From assembly GCA_044224395.1 (NCBI GenBank), contig JBGAKM010000014.1, positions 3,095 to 67,094 of the forward strand: a stretch of 64,000 bases of DNA, written 5' to 3'. Position numbers and translations under genes: made by a program. How positions within the stretch are numbered: the stretch's first letter is position 1; each line of letters opens with the position of its first letter. This document shows positions 61,008 through 64,000 of this stretch, in pieces. This DNA comes from Devosia sp. (lineage in GTDB: Bacteria > Pseudomonadota > Alphaproteobacteria > Rhizobiales > Devosiaceae). The notes beneath the pieces are model-generated. The model searched no databases, had not been told where the DNA came from, and worked only from the letters and a program-made list of their open reading frames with translations.

Positions 61008-62393
61008 TCACCGCATGCGGTTGAAGGCGTCGAGGGCGGCGATTTTGTAGGCTTCGGCGAGGGTGGGGTAGTTGAAGGCGTTTTCGACGAAGTAGTCGAC
61101 GGTGCCGCCGAGATTGAGGACGGCCTGGCCGATGTGGATCAGCTCGGTGGCGCCTTCGCCGATGATGTGGGCGCCGAGGAGCTTGCGGCTTTCTAGCGCG
61201 AAGATGAGCTTCATCATGCCGCCTTCGATACCCATGATGTGTCCACGCGAGGTTTCGCGGAAGCGGCCGATGCCGATCTCGTAGTTGATGCCCTTCTGGC
61301 GGACCTCCTGCTCGGAGAGGCCGATGGTCGAAATCTCGGGCACGGCGTAGATGCCGTAGGGGAAGACTTCGGGGCGGGTCGGGATGGGCAGGCCGAAGGC
61401 GTGGCAGGCGGCGGTGCGGCCCTGTTCCATCGCAGTGGAGGCGAGGCTGGGAAAGCCGATGACATCGCCCGCAGCGTAGATGTGCGGCTGCGTGGTCTGG
61501 TATGTGACGGGATCGACCTTGAGGCGGCCGCGCGAATCCGTTTCGATGCCGCAGGTGTCGAGGCCGAGGTCGGCGGTGGCGCCGACGCGGCCGGCGGCGT
61601 AGAGCAGCATTTCAGTGCGGATCTTGCGGCCGTCACTCAGCGTGCTGACCGTCCAGCCGGCCTGGTCGAGCTCGACCGCTTCAACTTTGACGCCGAGGCG
61701 CAGCTGCATGCCGCGCTTGCGCAGCTCGTGCACGAACTCCTCGATGATCTCGCGGTCGATGAATTCGAGGAAGTGCTCGCGCGGTTCAACAAGAGTGATC
61801 GGCACGTCGAGCGCCGAAAAGATCGTCGCGTATTCGAGGCCGATGACGCCAGCGCCGACGACGGTGAGGCTGCGCGGGACTTTTGGATCGGTAGCGATGT
61901 TGTCGCTGTCGAAAACCGAATTGTCGTTGAAGGGGATGTTGGACGGACGATAGGGCGAGGTGCCGACGGCGATGACGATCTTCTCTGCCGAGACCTTGGT
62001 TTCTTCCTCGGCGTTGACGACCGCCAGCGTATGCGGATCGAGGAAGTGGGCGCGGCCGGCGATGGTTTTGACGCCGTTGCGGGCGAACTGGTGCTCGAGG
62101 ACGTTGATCTCGTGGTCGAGCGTCATGCGGAGGCGCGCGCCGAGGTCTTTGCCCTGGATTTCCTTTTTGACGCGGTAGGCGAGGCCGTAGAAGCCGCGCT
62201 CGCGCCAGCCGCTGAGATTGAGGACTGTCTCGCGCAGGGTCTTGGACGGGATGGTGCCGGTGTGGACGGAGACGCCGCCGACGCGCAGCCGGTTTTCGAT
62301 CACCACCACCGAGTGACCGAGCTTAGCGCCCTGGATGGCTGCACGACGGCCGGCCGGACCCGAACCGATGACGACGAGATCGTACTTTTCCAT
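61008..62393 (-). CDS. sthA: Soluble pyridine nucleotide transhydrogenase
   Basis: IGSGPAG, HTGTIPSKTLRE, GAGVIGLEYA, GDVIGFPSLAS, FNYPTLAEAYK. Confidence 0.95.
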   Translation of the reverse strand: MEKYDLVVIGSGPAGRRAAIQGAKLGHSVVVIENRLRVGGVSVHTGTIPSKTLRETVLNLSGWRERGFYGLAYRVKKEIQGKDLGARLRMTLDHEINVLEHQFARNGVKTIAGRAHFLDPHTLAVVNAEEETKVSAEKIVIAVGTSPYRPSNIPFNDNSVFDSDNIATDPKVPRSLTVVGAGVIGLEYATIFSALDVPITLVEPREHFLEFIDREIIEEFVHELRKRGMQLRLGVKVEAVELDQAGWTVSTLSDGRKIRTEMLLYAAGRVGATADLGLDTCGIETDSRGRLKVDPVTYQTTQPHIYAAGDVIGFPSLASTAMEQGRTAACHAFGLPIPTRPEVFPYGIYAVPEISTIGLSEQEVRQKGINYEIGIGRFRETSRGHIMGIEGGMMKLIFALESRKLLGAHIIGEGATELIHIGQAVLNLGGTVDYFVENAFNYPTLAEAYKIAALDAFNRMR

Positions 62394-62475
62394 CTGATGT
62401 CCCCGAGATGGAGGAACGCTACTCAAACGCTGCTGCGTTGCGAAGCTCCCGAGCCGCAGATTGGCTATGCGCTCC

Positions 62476-63405
62476 CTAGTATTTCTCGGGGATGTAAAGC
62501 TCGGGCGAGACCGGGTGGCGCACATAGTCCGGGTGATGGACGCGCGGTGGCAGCTCGACATCCTGTTTGGGCACATCGCCATAGGGGATGCGGCTCAACA
62601 GGTGGTCGATCATGTTGAGGCGGGCGCGCTTCTTGTCGACGGCGTGGACCACGGACCAGGGCGCCTCGGCGGTGTGGGTGCGCGCCAGCATCTCTTCCTT
62701 GGCCTTGGTGTAGTCTTCCCAGTGGATGCGGCTCTCCATATCCATGGGCGAGAGCTTCCACTGCTTCAGCGGGTCCTTGATCCGCATCTTGAAGCGGAAC
62801 TCCTGCTCCTGGTCGGTGATCGAGAACCAGTATTTGATGAGGATGATGCCGGAGCGGACGAGCATGCGCTCGAACTCGGGGACGGAGCGGAAGAACTCCT
62901 CGACCTCTTCGGCGGAGCAGAAGCCCATGACGCGCTCGACGCCGGCGCGATTGTACCAGGAGCGGTCGAAGAGGACCATTTCACCGGCCGTGGGCAAATG
63001 CGGGACGTAGCGCTGGAAGTACCATTGGTTTTTCTCGCGCTCGGTGGGCGCGGGAAGGGCGACGACGCGGGCGACGCGCGGATTGAGCCGCTGCACCACG
63101 CGCTTGATGGCGCCGCCCTTGCCGGCGGAATCGCGGCCCTCGAACAGAATGACGACCTTGAGCTTGTTGTGGACGATCCAGTCCTGCAGTCGCACCAGTT
63201 CGTGCTGCAGGCGGAACAACTCGCGGAAATAGGTCTGGCGCTCGAGGCCCTTGCCGGGCTGGTCGAGCTCTTCGGCGACCAGTTCGTCCAGGCGGTCTTC
63301 GTCGAACTGGGTTTCCAGCTCCTCATCGAAGCTGTCAGCGATTTCGGCCTTGATGCGCTCGAGTTGAAGGAGTTCGGCAGTGTCGGGGGCGGGTTTGTCG
63401 TCCAT
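62476..63405 (-). CDS. ppk2: Polyphosphate kinase 2
   Basis: FEGRDSAGKGG, QWYFQRY, FDRSWYNRAGVERVMGF, WKLSPMD, DKKRAR. Confidence 0.96.
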   Translation of the reverse strand: MDDKPAPDTAELLQLERIKAEIADSFDEELETQFDEDRLDELVAEELDQPGKGLERQTYFRELFRLQHELVRLQDWIVHNKLKVVILFEGRDSAGKGGAIKRVVQRLNPRVARVVALPAPTEREKNQWYFQRYVPHLPTAGEMVLFDRSWYNRAGVERVMGFCSAEEVEEFFRSVPEFERMLVRSGIILIKYWFSITDQEQEFRFKMRIKDPLKQWKLSPMDMESRIHWEDYTKAKEEMLARTHTAEAPWSVVHAVDKKRARLNMIDHLLSRIPYGDVPKQDVELPPRVHHPDYVRHPVSPELYIPEKY

Positions 63406-63492
63406 GGGAGCCTCGCGGAATGTGGCGCAGCAGAAGGCAGGTTTGGACGACCGTAGTGTGACAGAAGCCGACCGATCCACCGGCCTTGCTAA

Positions 63493-63510
63493 TAACTGAC
63501 TGGTCAGTTA
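63493..63510. promoter_or_regulatory. Probable TetR operator
   Basis: TAACTGAC-TG-GTCAGTTA palindrome 30 nt upstream of the tetR start. Confidence 0.65.
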
Positions 63511-63540
63511 GTAGCTAGATGGCCGAGGAGTCAGTACGCG

Positions 63541-64000
63541 ATGAGCGCGGAAGCCGTGCAGAGAGGCCCCAAGTTCAGGCGGCGTGCCGAGGCGCGGCCG
63601 GACGAAGTGTTGGACGCGGCGCTGGACCTGTTCATCGAACGCGGTTTTGCCAGCACACGCGTCGAGGACATCGCGACCCGTGCCGGCCTGAGCAAGGGCG
63701 CGGTGTATCTCTACTTTCCGAGCAAGGAGGCGGTGCTGGAGGGCCTCGTGCGCCGGGCGATCGTGCCAATCGCGACCAGCGCGCTGAGTTTCCTTGAGGG
63801 CTATGTGGGCGATCCGCGCGTGCCGATCACCCTGGCGCTCAAGACGCTCGCCGGCCGGCTGGCCGAGCCCAAGGTCATGGCTATTCCCAAGCTGATGATG
63901 CGGGAGATGATCAACTTCCCCGAGTTTGCGCAGATGTATCGGCGCGAGGTGCTGGACCATGTGATCCCCGGCATCATGGGGCTGATCCGTGCGGGCATTG
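63541..64000 (+). CDS. TetR/AcrR family regulator (runs off the window edge)
   Basis: Manual translation: MSAEAVQRGPKFRRRAEARPDEVLDAALDLFIERGFASTRVEDIATRAGLSKGAVYLYFPSKE. Confidence 0.92.
   Translation, partial: MSAEAVQRGPKFRRRAEARPDEVLDAALDLFIERGFASTRVEDIATRAGLSKGAVYLYFPSKEAVLEGLVRRAIVPIATSALSFLEGYVGDPRVPITLALKTLAGRLAEPKVMAIPKLMMREMINFPEFAQMYRREVLDHVIPGIMGLIRAGI

Overview
High-GC alphaproteobacterial chromosomal window; gene content, codon style and palindromic repeats suggest Hyphomicrobiales, possibly Devosia-like (inference). About 1-35.8 kb is a mosaic surface-polysaccharide locus. It contains ugd, scattered rmlC/B/D/A, wzm/wzt, wecB, five stand-alone GT4-type glycosyltransferases, a GT4-RgpF fusion and a 1245-aa repeat-GT4 protein. 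Tailoring genes include a CapK-like ligase, a deacetylase, a methyltransferase, a sulfotransferase and a frameshifted acyltransferase, plus a decayed UbiA/DprE1 pair. Dispersed through the locus are six paralogues of an unannotated ~300-aa family whose motif order resembles DUF4422/GT111 glycosyltransferases; this is the best candidate for an undescribed system. From 36.5 kb onward the genes are mostly core: YbaL-type antiporter, Rrf2 with a sulfate ABC operon, purU, FMN riboswitch with ribN, TetR/reductase, tRNA-Ala(CGC), psuG/pfkB, potFGHI, sthA, ppk2 and a TetR. Just after the tRNA are a secreted poly-proline gene (73-codon Pro run, frameshifted repeats), a Sel1/peptidoglycan-binding protein and an apparent two-barrel Omp25-PagL fusion. 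No CRISPR array, transposase or integrase was seen. All calls come from motif recognition by eye; no searches were run.
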